Position numbers and translations under genes: made by a program. Below the pieces are notes generated by a model. It made no database searches. It saw only the letters and a program-made list of their open reading frames with translations, and was not told where the DNA came from. Shown here in pieces: positions 39,460-48,927 of a stretch of 64,000 nucleotides of DNA; position 1 is the stretch's first letter, and every line of letters begins with the position of its first letter. This DNA comes from Deltaproteobacteria bacterium (lineage in GTDB: Bacteria; Myxococcota_A; Polyangia; Polyangiales; Houyiibacteriaceae), in assembly GCA_034670305.1 (NCBI GenBank), contig JAXMNT010000001.1:96001-160000 (forward strand), given 5' to 3'.

Positions 39460-40619
39460 CGCATCGCCTCGCTGGGATCGAGCGTCGCCGCGCGCCACGC
39501 GGGCACGATCGAGAGCCCGAGGAAGGGCACCACCACGATCCCGAAGAGCATCACGAGCGCGGACGGATCCAACGTCGGTCGCAGGTCGAGCGGCGGATGC
39601 AGTGTGCTCCATCCGAAGAGCGCGCCGGACAGCCCAGGTGCGCTCAGGACGAACACATACACGTACGCCAGCACCACCCCGAACCAGGTCGCACCCAGGC
39701 ACAGCAGGAGGCTCTCCCACAACCGCGCCGCCAGCACGTCGCGCGTCTCCCACCCGATGGTCTTCAGGACCCCGATCTCGCGCCGCTCGGCTGGGCTCAG
39801 CCCGGTGAAACGCTCCCAGCCGATGAGCAAGAGCGCGAGCAGCACCGGCAGCAACATCGCGCCCAGCAGTCCTCCGCGTCCGTCGAAGGTCAGCTCGTAG
39901 GTCCGCACGAGCGCGGTGCGTTCGAGCACCCGGGCACCGGGCAGCCGCTCCTGGATCTGCGCGGCCACGACGGCGGCCTCCTCGGGGCGGGCGAGCTCGA
40001 TCGCGAGATCGGTGGCCTGGCCCTCCGGCATGCCGAGCAGGCGGCGCGCCACCGCATCCGTCGTGTAGAGCACGTCGTTGCTCTGCAGCGCACTCTCGGT
40101 CCGGAAGATGCCGACGACCTCCAGCACGACCACTTCGTGCTGCGGATCGGGCAACGCGATCCGGTCCCCGACGTGCACCGCGAAGCGCTCCGCCAGGCCC
40201 GCGCCGAGCAGTGCTTGCGGCACCCCGGTGGGTTCCGCCGAGAGGTCCTGCCCTTCCAAGAGCGTGGGCGGCACCGCGCGCCAAGTCGTGCCCACCACGG
40301 TGGCGTTCGCGGCGATCGCTTCCACGAAGACGTAACCCCAGACCCGCGGGCGCACCGATCGCACCCCAGGACCGGTGGGCACCACGTCCGCATCGGCGTC
40401 GATCAACGCCGGGCGCCCGGCCACGAGCCGCTGCACCACCAGATCGGGCGTGCCTTCAATCGCCGCCCGCCATTCCGCGCGCAGTCCATCGGTGAGCCAG
40501 AGCACGCTCGCGTAGGCACCGACCACGAGGCCGAGCGCCAACCCGAGCGCGAGTTGGCGACCGAGGCGGCGCCGGAGCGATCCAAGCGCGAACACCAGCA
40601 AGGCCCGTTGCCGTTTCAT
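39456..40619 (-). CDS. ABC permease, FtsX/MacB-like
   Basis: N-terminal TM, periplasmic domain, ERREIGVLKTIGW, PAWRAATLDPSEAMR. Confidence 0.9.
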   Translation of the reverse strand: MKRQRALLVFALGSLRRRLGRQLALGLALGLVVGAYASVLWLTDGLRAEWRAAIEGTPDLVVQRLVAGRPALIDADADVVPTGPGVRSVRPRVWGYVFVEAIAANATVVGTTWRAVPPTLLEGQDLSAEPTGVPQALLGAGLAERFAVHVGDRIALPDPQHEVVVLEVVGIFRTESALQSNDVLYTTDAVARRLLGMPEGQATDLAIELARPEEAAVVAAQIQERLPGARVLERTALVRTYELTFDGRGGLLGAMLLPVLLALLLIGWERFTGLSPAERREIGVLKTIGWETRDVLAARLWESLLLCLGATWFGVVLAYVYVFVLSAPGLSGALFGWSTLHPPLDLRPTLDPSALVMLFGIVVVPFLGLSIVPAWRAATLDPSEAMR

Positions 40620-41008
40620 CGGGACGGTTCGCTCTCGGTGTCGCCGCGCGGCGGGACCGGGGGACCGAGCCACGCGCCGGCGGGATCGGTGTCGAAGCTG
40701 GCCGGAAGATCACTCATCGGCGCCATCGGCTCGACCTGGCTCGGGTGCCGGATCCACCGAGCGCTGGAAGACAGCGCGAGATCGGCGAATCCGAGACTCC
40801 GTGCGAGCTCGGCCCGCGCCTGGTCGCGCTGGGTGTGCGTGTTGCGTTCGGTCCATGCGTGCACGCCGAGGCCTCCCCCGATCAGCGACATGGCCGCGAA
40901 GACGAGTCCGAGAAAACGAAGCCGGCGGCGGACGAACGCGGGAGGTCCGTTCCGGTCGGCCGTGGTCGGTCCGGAGACTTCGCCGGCGCTCGTGACTTCC
41001 TCGGCCAC
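40616..41008 (-). CDS. Small single-TM hypothetical protein
   Basis: TM helix followed by LGFADLALSSSARWIRHPS; coupled to neighbouring genes. Confidence 0.65.
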   Translation of the reverse strand: MAEEVTSAGEVSGPTTADRNGPPAFVRRRLRFLGLVFAAMSLIGGGLGVHAWTERNTHTQRDQARAELARSLGFADLALSSSARWIRHPSQVEPMAPMSDLPASFDTDPAGAWLGPPVPPRGDTESEPSR

Positions 41009-41009
41009 G

Positions 41010-41777
41010 TCAGAACGAGACGAAGAGCTGCGTCAGCAGGGCGTCGGCGATCAAGATGGCGATCGAGACGGCCACGACCGAACGGGTGGTGGAACGGCCC
41101 ACACCTTCGGTGCCGCCGCGGGTGCTCATGCCGAAGTGGCAGCCGAGCACGGCCACGAGGAACCCGAAGAACGGCGCCTTGCTCAGACCACTGAGATAGT
41201 CCTGCATCGTGACGCCATCGAGCGCGGAGCTGATGTACTGCGATGCAGGGATGCCATACGAGGTCGTGCCGATGAAGAGCGAGGCGGACATGCCGAGCAG
41301 CAGCGCGATGCACGCGATGAGCGGCATGATGAGGACGCTCGCGAGCACCCGCGGGACGACCAGCTTGTGCACTGGGTCGGCACCGAGCGCACGGATCGCG
41401 TCGATCTGTTCGGTCACCGCCATCGAACCGAGCTCGGCCGCCATCCCCGCGGCGACCCGCATGCCCACCACGAGAGAGGTCAAGGCGGGCGCGAGTTCGC
41501 GCGCCATGCTGAGGGCGATGACTTTGCCGAGTGCTTCTTTCGCGCCGTACTTCTCCATGAAGAAGCCGAACTGAATGGTCATGACCATGCCGACGAAGAG
41601 CGCTGTCGCGCTGGCGAGGGCCATGCTCTTCACCCCGAGCAGGTAGATCTGGGAGATGAACGCTTTGCCTTCGAACCGGGTGCTGAAGAGCGTCCGAAAG
41701 AACCGAACGCCGAGCAGCGCGGCTCCGCCGATCTCGGAGACCCCTTCGCGGAACCCACTGCGGTGTTGTTGGCTCAC
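41010..41777 (-). CDS. mlaE: MlaE-family ABC permease
   Basis: RELAPALTSL, AAELGSMAVTEQIDAIRALGADP, GTEGVGRSTTRSVV. Confidence 0.9.
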   Translation of the reverse strand: MSQQHRSGFREGVSEIGGAALLGVRFFRTLFSTRFEGKAFISQIYLLGVKSMALASATALFVGMVMTIQFGFFMEKYGAKEALGKVIALSMARELAPALTSLVVGMRVAAGMAAELGSMAVTEQIDAIRALGADPVHKLVVPRVLASVLIMPLIACIALLLGMSASLFIGTTSYGIPASQYISSALDGVTMQDYLSGLSKAPFFGFLVAVLGCHFGMSTRGGTEGVGRSTTRSVVAVSIAILIADALLTQLFVSF

Positions 41778-41805
41778 GGACGGTCCACAGATGCGGCGAC
41801 CGCGT

Positions 41806-42312
41806 TCATCGGGTGGAGAAACTCTCGAGCATGGTGGCGAAGATCGGACGGGCGCGCTGGAATGGCGCACCCGGTGGGGCGACGAGCGCGAAGTCGTAGG
41901 TGCAGTTGTCCTTCTTGAGAACCACGAAGTAGAGCTCCCGCACGACCCCGTCGAGTTTCGCGCGGGCGTGGGTGTGCAGCGCCTCCCGGCCATCCATGGG
42001 CTGCAGTTCCTGCGACTCGATCTCCCGTTCGGTGAACCCCACGAAGAGATGGTTCGTCAGCGCGGTCAGTGGCACGTCGTACTCGACGCTGCACGTCGAG
42101 TTGGCTTGCACCACGGCACCGATCGACGCGCTCCGCCACGCGAGGTCGTTCTGGCGATCGACGTCGATCGATTGCCAGCCCTCGCCCGGGGCGCGCAGCG
42201 CGTAGCGGGTCTCCCCGTTGGCGTACTCTCCTTGGACGTAGGTGCCGCCGCCACTGCAGGCCGCAGTGAAGAAGCAAGAGGCCAGGAGGAGGCGTGACCA
42301 CAGAACCGTCAT
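41806..42312 (-). CDS. Hypothetical lipoprotein
   Basis: TAAC lipobox; DVPLTALTNHL, LDGVVREL..VLKKDNCTYDF. Confidence 0.72.
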   Translation of the reverse strand: MTVLWSRLLLASCFFTAACSGGGTYVQGEYANGETRYALRAPGEGWQSIDVDRQNDLAWRSASIGAVVQANSTCSVEYDVPLTALTNHLFVGFTEREIESQELQPMDGREALHTHARAKLDGVVRELYFVVLKKDNCTYDFALVAPPGAPFQRARPIFATMLESFSTR

Positions 42313-42384
42313 TCGGCGGCGAGCGTAGCAGTTCTGCGGAGGATGGCCGCTGGTGTTGGAGCCCCGACGGGGGTAGATCGCAGC

Positions 42385-42747
42385 ATGATCGTCGTCACCA
42401 ACCGCATCCCCGTCGCCGAGGGCCATGAGATCGACTTCGAAGACCGATTTCGCAAGCGAGTGCACCTCGTGGATCGGTCCCCCGGCTTCATTCGCAACGA
42501 GGTCCATCGTCCCCGGCCGATGAAGCTGGACCACGCCAGCGGGACCTGGACCGAGGACCCGGACAAGAAGGGCTACTACGAGGTCAAGACCTGGTGGCGT
42601 TCGTTCGAAGACTTCGTCGCGTGGACCAAGAGCGACTCGTTTCGTGAAGCCCATTCGAACCGGCCGCCGAAGGAGATGTTCCGCGGTCCGAACGAGCTGA
42701 CGATCCACGAGTGCTTTCTGAGCACGGACGAGGACGACGGAGTGTGA
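42385..42747 (+). CDS. Antibiotic biosynthesis monooxygenase family protein (IsdG/HmoB-like)
   Basis: MIVVTNRI, FEDRF, PGF, TWWRSFEDFVAWTKSDSFREAH. Confidence 0.85.
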   Translation: MIVVTNRIPVAEGHEIDFEDRFRKRVHLVDRSPGFIRNEVHRPRPMKLDHASGTWTEDPDKKGYYEVKTWWRSFEDFVAWTKSDSFREAHSNRPPKEMFRGPNELTIHECFLSTDEDDGV

Positions 42748-43559
42748 GCCACCGCCGACTTCTCGGCGAGGGGCGCAGCGCCCGCGTCTGGGAGATGCCG
42801 CATCCGACGTGGAAGTCCGTGGCATGCAAAGAAGGGCCGCCGGTGGAGGCCCTGCGGCGTGAACACGAGGCGCTGACCCGGTGCGCGCATGGTGGGGTCG
42901 TCCGTTCGTATGGACTCGCCGGCGAGGCCCTGCTGCTCGAGATCATCGAGGCGTCCGACGCGCACGGGACCGATGCGTTCGAGTGGGTGCGCGGCCGGCC
43001 GCCGGTCGTCGAGGAGAACGTGCCGCGGCGGAACTTGCCGGTCGCGTTCGGCTACGACCAGCAGGAGGAAGGCGAGAGCGCGTACGTTTCCTGCGGCCCG
43101 GTCGGGTACGCGCGGCTTCGCGTCATGATCGACGCGCTCGCGGCCTCGCTGCGCGCGGTCCATGCCGCGGGGTACGTTCACCTCGACGTCTGCGGCGACA
43201 ACGTCCTCGTCGAACAGCCGAGCGAGCGGGTGGTGCTGATCGACTTCGACCTCGCCCGCCCGTTGGCGGACGGCGCCCAATCCGGGATGTCGTTTGCGGG
43301 GCGCGCCGCGCACATCGCGCCTGAGCTCGGTCGTGGCGAGGTGTCTCCGGCCAACGATTGGTATGGGCTCGGCGTGTTGGCGTTCGAAGCCGCCAGTGGA
43401 CAGCTGCCCTTCATCGGGGGCGGCGGGGAAGTGCTCGTGCGCAAGCAGAGCCTCGAAGCGCCCAGACTCTCCACCGTGCTCGAGGACGTGCCGCCCGACC
43501 TCGACGAGTTGGTCGCCGGTTTGCTGAAGCGCTCCCCCCAGACGCGGTTGCGGCTCTGA
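42744..43559 (+). CDS. Atypical protein kinase-like protein
   Basis: GEGRSARV, VACK, HLDVCGDNVL, DFD, APE, DWYGLG. Confidence 0.75.
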   Translation: MSHRRLLGEGRSARVWEMPHPTWKSVACKEGPPVEALRREHEALTRCAHGGVVRSYGLAGEALLLEIIEASDAHGTDAFEWVRGRPPVVEENVPRRNLPVAFGYDQQEEGESAYVSCGPVGYARLRVMIDALAASLRAVHAAGYVHLDVCGDNVLVEQPSERVVLIDFDLARPLADGAQSGMSFAGRAAHIAPELGRGEVSPANDWYGLGVLAFEAASGQLPFIGGGGEVLVRKQSLEAPRLSTVLEDVPPDLDELVAGLLKRSPQTRLRL

Positions 43560-43632
43560 GGGCCGCTCGCGGTCGGTGGCTCGGGCACGCCCGCGCGTGG
43601 ACGCAGAGGGCCGTCCGTGCTTCCTTCCGCGC

Positions 43633-44544
43633 ATGCGTTTGCGGTTTGCCTCGAAGGTCTGTCTGGTGGTGGTGCTCGCGGGCTGTGCGTCGCGGCAAGA
43701 ACAGGGGCCCGAGACGCCCGACCAGTTCGTGCGCGAGATGCCGCCGGCCTCGGAGATCCGCAACCTGCGCACCGGGGAGACCGTCTCCGAACAGGAGCTG
43801 CTCAGCGATCTGCTGAGCGCGCGCGTCGTCTACCTCGGGGAGTCGCACGACGAGACGATGGATCACGCCATGCAGTACCGGCTCCTCCGGTTGCTCTACG
43901 CACAGGACCCCGCCCTCGCAGTTGGCATGGAGATGTTTCAGGAGCCGTTTCAGCCGGCGCTCGATCTCTGGTCTCGCGGCGAACTCGACGAAGTGGCGCT
44001 CCGCACCCGCACCGAATGGGACGACCGCTGGGGTTTCGACATCCGCCACTACCGGCCGCTCCTCGAGATGGTGCGGGCGCACGGCATTCCGTTCTGGGCG
44101 CTCAACGCGCCGCGCGAGCTGACCCGAGCGGTCGCGCGGGGTGGCTTCGAGGGGCTCACCGACGAACAGCGCGCGCAGCTGCCCGAGCACCTGGGCATCG
44201 ACGACGCGGCCCACCGCGCCATGTTCAACGAAGCGATGGCCGATCATCCGCATGCGCACGACGCGGCGGCGCTCGATCGGCTCTACCACGCGCAGGTCGT
44301 CTGGGACGCCACGATGGCGCGCAACGTCGGACGCGGACTCGCGGCCGGCGCGTCCCGGATGGTCGTCCTGGCCGGTTCGATGCACGTCCGGGCCGGGCTC
44401 GGCATCCCCAAGCGCGCCGAGTCTTCTGGCGGTCGCCCGTACCGCGTCGTGTTGCCGGTCGACGCCGACGACGCCGACGCGATCGAAGCACTCGAAGAAG
44501 CCGACCCGCGGCCCGCGGACTACCTCTGGATCTGGTCCGACTGA
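43633..44544 (+). CDS. ChaN-family lipoprotein
   Basis: LAGC lipobox; VVYLGESHD, GMEMF, YRPLLE, ALNAPREL, AQVVWDATMA, LAGSMHV. Confidence 0.85.
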   Translation: MRLRFASKVCLVVVLAGCASRQEQGPETPDQFVREMPPASEIRNLRTGETVSEQELLSDLLSARVVYLGESHDETMDHAMQYRLLRLLYAQDPALAVGMEMFQEPFQPALDLWSRGELDEVALRTRTEWDDRWGFDIRHYRPLLEMVRAHGIPFWALNAPRELTRAVARGGFEGLTDEQRAQLPEHLGIDDAAHRAMFNEAMADHPHAHDAAALDRLYHAQVVWDATMARNVGRGLAAGASRMVVLAGSMHVRAGLGIPKRAESSGGRPYRVVLPVDADDADAIEALEEADPRPADYLWIWSD

Positions 44545-44545
44545 A

Positions 44546-44625
44546 TTCTTGGGGCTTTGCCCCGCAAGGAGATGCGCGCATCCCCCTCGGACAACAAACA
44601 ACGCTCGCTTCGCGAGACGGGCGGA
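44546..44625. repeat. Partial REP-like modules Y and X between convergent genes
   Basis: TTCTTGGGGCTTTGCCCC and GCTCGCTTCGCGAGACGGGCGG. Confidence 0.55.
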
Positions 44626-44626
44626 C

Positions 44627-46120
44627 CTAGCGTTCGCTGCGGATCCAGTGGAGGAGTTCGCGTTGGTCGAGCGGGTCGTCGCTCATCGCGGCGAGCAGAC
44701 CCGAGGCGTCGCCCCCGCCGGACAAGAACTCGGTTGCCCGCACAAGGGCATCGGGTTCCCGGGCGAGCACCGCGGCCACCATCGCGTAGCTCTGGTGGTA
44801 GGCGAACCGGGCGCTCTGCGCATCTTCGATGACGACGAAGCTGCCTTCGATCGAAGGGAAGGGGATCAGCGATCCTTCCCGCGCCACGAGCGCGAGCCAA
44901 CGTTGCAGGTCGGGTGGCGGCCGCTGGTGAAACCGCTGCGCCACGCCTTCGTGAAACCACAGCGGCGCACTCGGTGCGGCGAACCGCAGCTGCGCGTGGA
45001 GACTCTCGTGCCGCAAGACATCCCGCTCGCTCGGCGCGCCGATGGTCGGGCGGGCGATGCGCAACGACCCGTCGAACATCGCGGCCGTCCAACTGGAACC
45101 GCAGGTGGCCTGTCGGAACGCCGACCGGGACCCGTACACGAAGACGTTCAGCGCGGGTCGGCGTGGTCCGCCGAGCAGCTCCGAAGCCTCGTCGAGTGCG
45201 CCGATGACCGTGTGATGGATGCGCAGCACCTCCGCGGGTTCCATGTCGGGCGGATGGTGGAGATCGACCCCGTCGCGCTGCACCGGATCGAGTGCGTTCT
45301 CGATGCGGGCGCGCCGCTCGACGAGGGGCCGGATGGCATCGGCCCAGGCACACTCCGGAACCTCGCGGCGGTACGCGTCGAGTGCGTTCAGCGCGTCGCG
45401 CCCATGGCCCTGCCGAACCTCCAAGATGGCGAGTGAGAGCGCGACGCCCGGCCATTCCGCATCGCGCGACACCGCCCTGCGCAGCGCGTCGCGTTGGGCG
45501 ACGTCGTCTCGCTTGCGACCGGCCCAGACCGCACGGGCCAGCGCACCGAGGGCACTCGTGGACGCTTCGATGCGCTCGAGCCGCTCCAGACGCGCCTCGG
45601 CCTCTGGTTCGTCGTCGCGCACCATCGCGTGCACCATGCTCCAGAACGCACCTGCCGCGGCGTGGTCGTAGCCCGCCGCATCGGTGCGGTCCGGGGCACG
45701 CTCCAGCGCCGCCAGTCCGGCGTCCACGTCTTGGCCCGAGAGCACCGAGCGCACCCCCTGCCTCAGCGTGTCGCTGGCGTCCTCCGGCAGCGCGTACGCC
45801 CGGTCGCGCAGCTCTTCTTGGACGAGGGTCACGGCGTGACCGAGGTTCTCGCCCGAGGGCCGCACCCCTTCTCCGCACCCGGGCAACTCCAATCCGGGCA
45901 GTCGCAAGGTGCCGCCCGACGCGCCCGACTCCGCCTGAGGTTCAGGCGCTTGCTCCAGCGCACCCGACGCGGATGCTTCGGCTTCCGCGGTCGGCCGCGG
46001 CACCGGCGGTTCCGGCGCACGTGGATCCCAGTGGGGGCTGGAACGCAGGATCCCGAACACGGCCACCCCCACGAGCACGAAGGCGAGCGCGAACAGACCC
46101 TTCGCCGTCCTCGGAGTCAC
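44627..46120 (-). CDS. TPR plus peptidase MA-like (gluzincin) protein
   Basis: N-terminal TM; LRHESLHA...PLWFHEG; AYHQS. Confidence 0.75.
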   Translation of the reverse strand: MTPRTAKGLFALAFVLVGVAVFGILRSSPHWDPRAPEPPVPRPTAEAEASASGALEQAPEPQAESGASGGTLRLPGLELPGCGEGVRPSGENLGHAVTLVQEELRDRAYALPEDASDTLRQGVRSVLSGQDVDAGLAALERAPDRTDAAGYDHAAAGAFWSMVHAMVRDDEPEAEARLERLERIEASTSALGALARAVWAGRKRDDVAQRDALRRAVSRDAEWPGVALSLAILEVRQGHGRDALNALDAYRREVPECAWADAIRPLVERRARIENALDPVQRDGVDLHHPPDMEPAEVLRIHHTVIGALDEASELLGGPRRPALNVFVYGSRSAFRQATCGSSWTAAMFDGSLRIARPTIGAPSERDVLRHESLHAQLRFAAPSAPLWFHEGVAQRFHQRPPPDLQRWLALVAREGSLIPFPSIEGSFVVIEDAQSARFAYHQSYAMVAAVLAREPDALVRATEFLSGGGDASGLLAAMSDDPLDQRELLHWIRSER

Positions 46121-46130
46121 CGGTCGAAGA

Positions 46131-46733
46131 TCAGCGCGCTTCGAGCACGGACAACGAGACCCGCACCGCCCGGCGCAGGTCGTCCATCGGCACACCGGCG
46201 CGGCGCATCATGCCGAGCCCATGCAGCGTCCCGGTGAGGTGCACGGCGACGTCGCGCGCTTCCAGATCGGCGACCTCGCCCTTCTCGAGTGCGTTGGTGA
46301 GCGCGTGTTCGAAGGCCGCGTTGGTGCGGGCGAAGAACTGTTGCACGGCGAGGGCGACGTCGTCGTCCTGGCCGCCGAGTTCCATGCAGATGCGGCCGAC
46401 CATGCAGCAGCGCTTCGGCTCGGAGTCTGCGCTCGGCTCGCCGCCCAGGCCTGCGAAGAACTGGTAGATGGCCGGCAGACTCGCGTCTTCTTCTTCGAGC
46501 ACCGCGAGCTTCTCGCTCGCGCGCTCCATGTAGCGGGTCAGGGCTGCGAGAAAGAGCGACCGCTTGTCCCCGAACGTGTTGTAGAGGCTCTGCCGGCTGA
46601 TCCCCATGTGGCACAGGAGTGCCTGCAACGAGGTGGAGCCGTACCCATCGCGCCAGAACAGGTCGAGCGCCCTTTCGAGCACCGCGTCCGTATCGAAGTT
46701 GCGAGGTCGTCCGCCCATGCGTTCAGTCATCAT
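46131..46733 (-). CDS. TetR/AcrR family regulator
   Basis: GRPRNFD..LFWRDGYGSTS..GISRQSLYNTFGDKRSLF. Confidence 0.93.
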   Translation of the reverse strand: MMTERMGGRPRNFDTDAVLERALDLFWRDGYGSTSLQALLCHMGISRQSLYNTFGDKRSLFLAALTRYMERASEKLAVLEEEDASLPAIYQFFAGLGGEPSADSEPKRCCMVGRICMELGGQDDDVALAVQQFFARTNAAFEHALTNALEKGEVADLEARDVAVHLTGTLHGLGMMRRAGVPMDDLRRAVRVSLSVLEAR

Positions 46734-46801
46734 GAAGAACCCGCCGGGGTCGGTCAATTCCAGCCCGGCACATGGATGAGACGCGATGGGCGTCCCGACC
46801 G

Positions 46802-47386
46802 TTACTCCGACTCGTCGGTTCGACCGATCGAGATCGCCTGTTCAGTGTCGTCGCTGCGTCCCGCAGGCACCGGTTGGTCGACGCCCTCATCGGCAGGCGA
46901 CCCACCGCTCGGTTCGACAAGCGATGCATCGGGTGTGGACGCTGTGACGGGCGAAGCATCGGAGGACGCGTCGGCTTCGGGAGCGGGTTCGCTCGGGGAA
47001 CCCTTGGCGGTCTCCAGCGGGTGTTGCTCGGACGCCGCACCGTTCTTCATCTGACACCGGCCCTCGAAGTGCACGCCTTCGCCGATGAAGATGCGCTCGG
47101 TCTCGATGTCGCCGAGCACCGAACAGGGCGCATGCAACTCCACCAACTCGCGGGCGCGGATCGCGCCGCGCACGACGCCACCGAGCACGATGAGGGTGCC
47201 GACGTCGATGGTCGCGTCGATCGATGCGCCCTCGCCGACGATGAGGATGCCTTCGCTGAACACTTCGCCTTCGAAGCGGCCGTCGACGCGTACCCGTCCC
47301 TCGAAGGTCAGCTTGCCCTTGTACTCGGTGCCGCGACCGAGGAGGGCGCTGATCTCGCCGACGTGGGGTGTGAGATCGTTGCTCAT
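46802..47386 (-). CDS. Bactofilin (polymer-forming cytoskeletal protein)
   Basis: LLGRGTEYKGKLTFEGRVRVDGRFEG...GVHFEGRCQM. Confidence 0.9.
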   Translation of the reverse strand: MSNDLTPHVGEISALLGRGTEYKGKLTFEGRVRVDGRFEGEVFSEGILIVGEGASIDATIDVGTLIVLGGVVRGAIRARELVELHAPCSVLGDIETERIFIGEGVHFEGRCQMKNGAASEQHPLETAKGSPSEPAPEADASSDASPVTASTPDASLVEPSGGSPADEGVDQPVPAGRSDDTEQAISIGRTDESE

Positions 47387-47440
47387 GACAGGTTCAAGTG
47401 CGCGACGTGCGGCGGTGGAAAACGAACCGCACGCAGTCGT

Positions 47441-48784
47441 CTATTGCAGGGCGTAGCCAACCTGCACGCCGAAGTTGAGCGCCTTGTCGGTCATGGAGTC
47501 GCCGTCCGCGCCCGCGGGGCGGTCCGCCGGGCTCGCGCCCGCGCCGGTGAACGAGACGCCGTAGCGCGTGAAGCCGAACCGCGCACCGACCACGATGCCC
47601 ATCTCGAGCGTGGCCAAGAGCGACAGGCCGATGTCGAACCCATTCGCGGAAGCGTCCTCCCCGAAGGTCGGCGTGAGGTCGCCGACGCCGAACGTCAGCC
47701 GGTAGCCGACGTCGACGCGCGCCCGCAGCAACTCTTCGTACACACGCACGTCGCCGGCCAAGCCGATGCGGAGGAAAGTGTACTTGGAAGAACTCATCGA
47801 CGAGTTGTCCCCGAGGGAGAACGAGTCCAATCCGAACCCGAGCATCGCGCCGATGCGCGCGTCGTCGTCGCCGATTGGGTAGAGGTAGCCGACGTGCAGC
47901 AGAAACTGCATCGCGGTGGTGCTGAGCACGGGGCCGAAGCTCCCGTCCGAGAGTTGCTCTTGGCTCTTGAGGCCCAGGCTCACCCCGAAATCGACCTGGG
48001 CGTAGATGCCGCGGATCGCGCCGGCGCGATCACCCATCGGGTACGACGAGAGCTGCAGCGTGAGCACCCCGAAGGTGCCGGAGTCGTAGTCGCGGCCCCC
48101 CCCACCCAGCAGATCGAGCGCTGCATCTCGGGTGCGGCCGTCGAACCCGAGCAGTCCGACGAAGCGCGGCAGGCCACCTTCGGTGGCTTCCTCGTCCTCT
48201 TCTTCTGCCTCTTCGGCTTCCCAGGTCTGTCGCTGCGCGGCGGCGGCGGCGGCGGCGGCGGCATCGGCCTCTTCGCGCTCCCGCTGTTCCTGGGCTTCGC
48301 GGGCGGAGATCGCCTCGAGCGCCTGGTCGAGCGCTTCCGAAGCGGCGCGACCGATGCGCCCGAGTCGGGCGCGGCCGATCGGCGCGGGCCCTTCGCGCAT
48401 GGCGACTTCGTTGCCGATCGCGTCGTGGATCCGGATCTCGGTTCGGCCGCGGCTGCCGCGTCCGCGCACCCTGCCGCTCACGAAGAGCGAGAGTCCCATC
48501 TCCCGTGCCACCGAGGCCATGCCCGGCGCTTCGTCGAGGGTCGCGCCGGTGTTGCGCGCGTTGTCCTCCACCTCGGCACGCCCCATGAGGTTGATGCGCT
48601 CATCGATGGCGCGAATCACCGCGCTTCGGGCGGCAGACCCACGCGAGCCGCTGAACCGCAGCACGACGCCCGTGCGGTCCGACTGGGCTTGCACGGGCTG
48701 TGGGAGGGCGAGGACCACGGCGCACGCCACCAGGGCGGACGACGCCAACGGAAGGCGTCTTGCGAACGAAACGAAGGACGGCAT
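47441..48784 (-). CDS. Hypothetical outer-membrane protein (N-terminal domain, Ala/Glu linker, beta-barrel)
   Basis: Signal peptide; amphipathic strands ending FGVQVGYALQ. Confidence 0.7.
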   Translation of the reverse strand: MPSFVSFARRLPLASSALVACAVVLALPQPVQAQSDRTGVVLRFSGSRGSAARSAVIRAIDERINLMGRAEVEDNARNTGATLDEAPGMASVAREMGLSLFVSGRVRGRGSRGRTEIRIHDAIGNEVAMREGPAPIGRARLGRIGRAASEALDQALEAISAREAQEQREREEADAAAAAAAAAQRQTWEAEEAEEEDEEATEGGLPRFVGLLGFDGRTRDAALDLLGGGGRDYDSGTFGVLTLQLSSYPMGDRAGAIRGIYAQVDFGVSLGLKSQEQLSDGSFGPVLSTTAMQFLLHVGYLYPIGDDDARIGAMLGFGLDSFSLGDNSSMSSSKYTFLRIGLAGDVRVYEELLRARVDVGYRLTFGVGDLTPTFGEDASANGFDIGLSLLATLEMGIVVGARFGFTRYGVSFTGAGASPADRPAGADGDSMTDKALNFGVQVGYALQ

Positions 48785-48871
48785 GCCGCGTTGTAGCGCG
48801 AGGACGGCCTTCGGTTCCAGTTGGAGTTCGAAGGGCGCTCGGCTTCGCTCCGCTCCGCGCGGCGAAGTCTT

Positions 48872-48925
48872 CGAGCGAAGCAGCACGCCCTGTCACGGAC
48901 GGGGTTTGGGGGCTGCCCCCAAGAA
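48872..48925 (-). repeat. REP-like module Y
   Basis: Reverse complement TCTTGGGGGCAGCCCCCAAACCCCGTCCGTGACAGGGCGTGCTGCTTCGCTCG closely matches 50058-50115. Confidence 0.75.
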
Positions 48926-48927
48926 TC

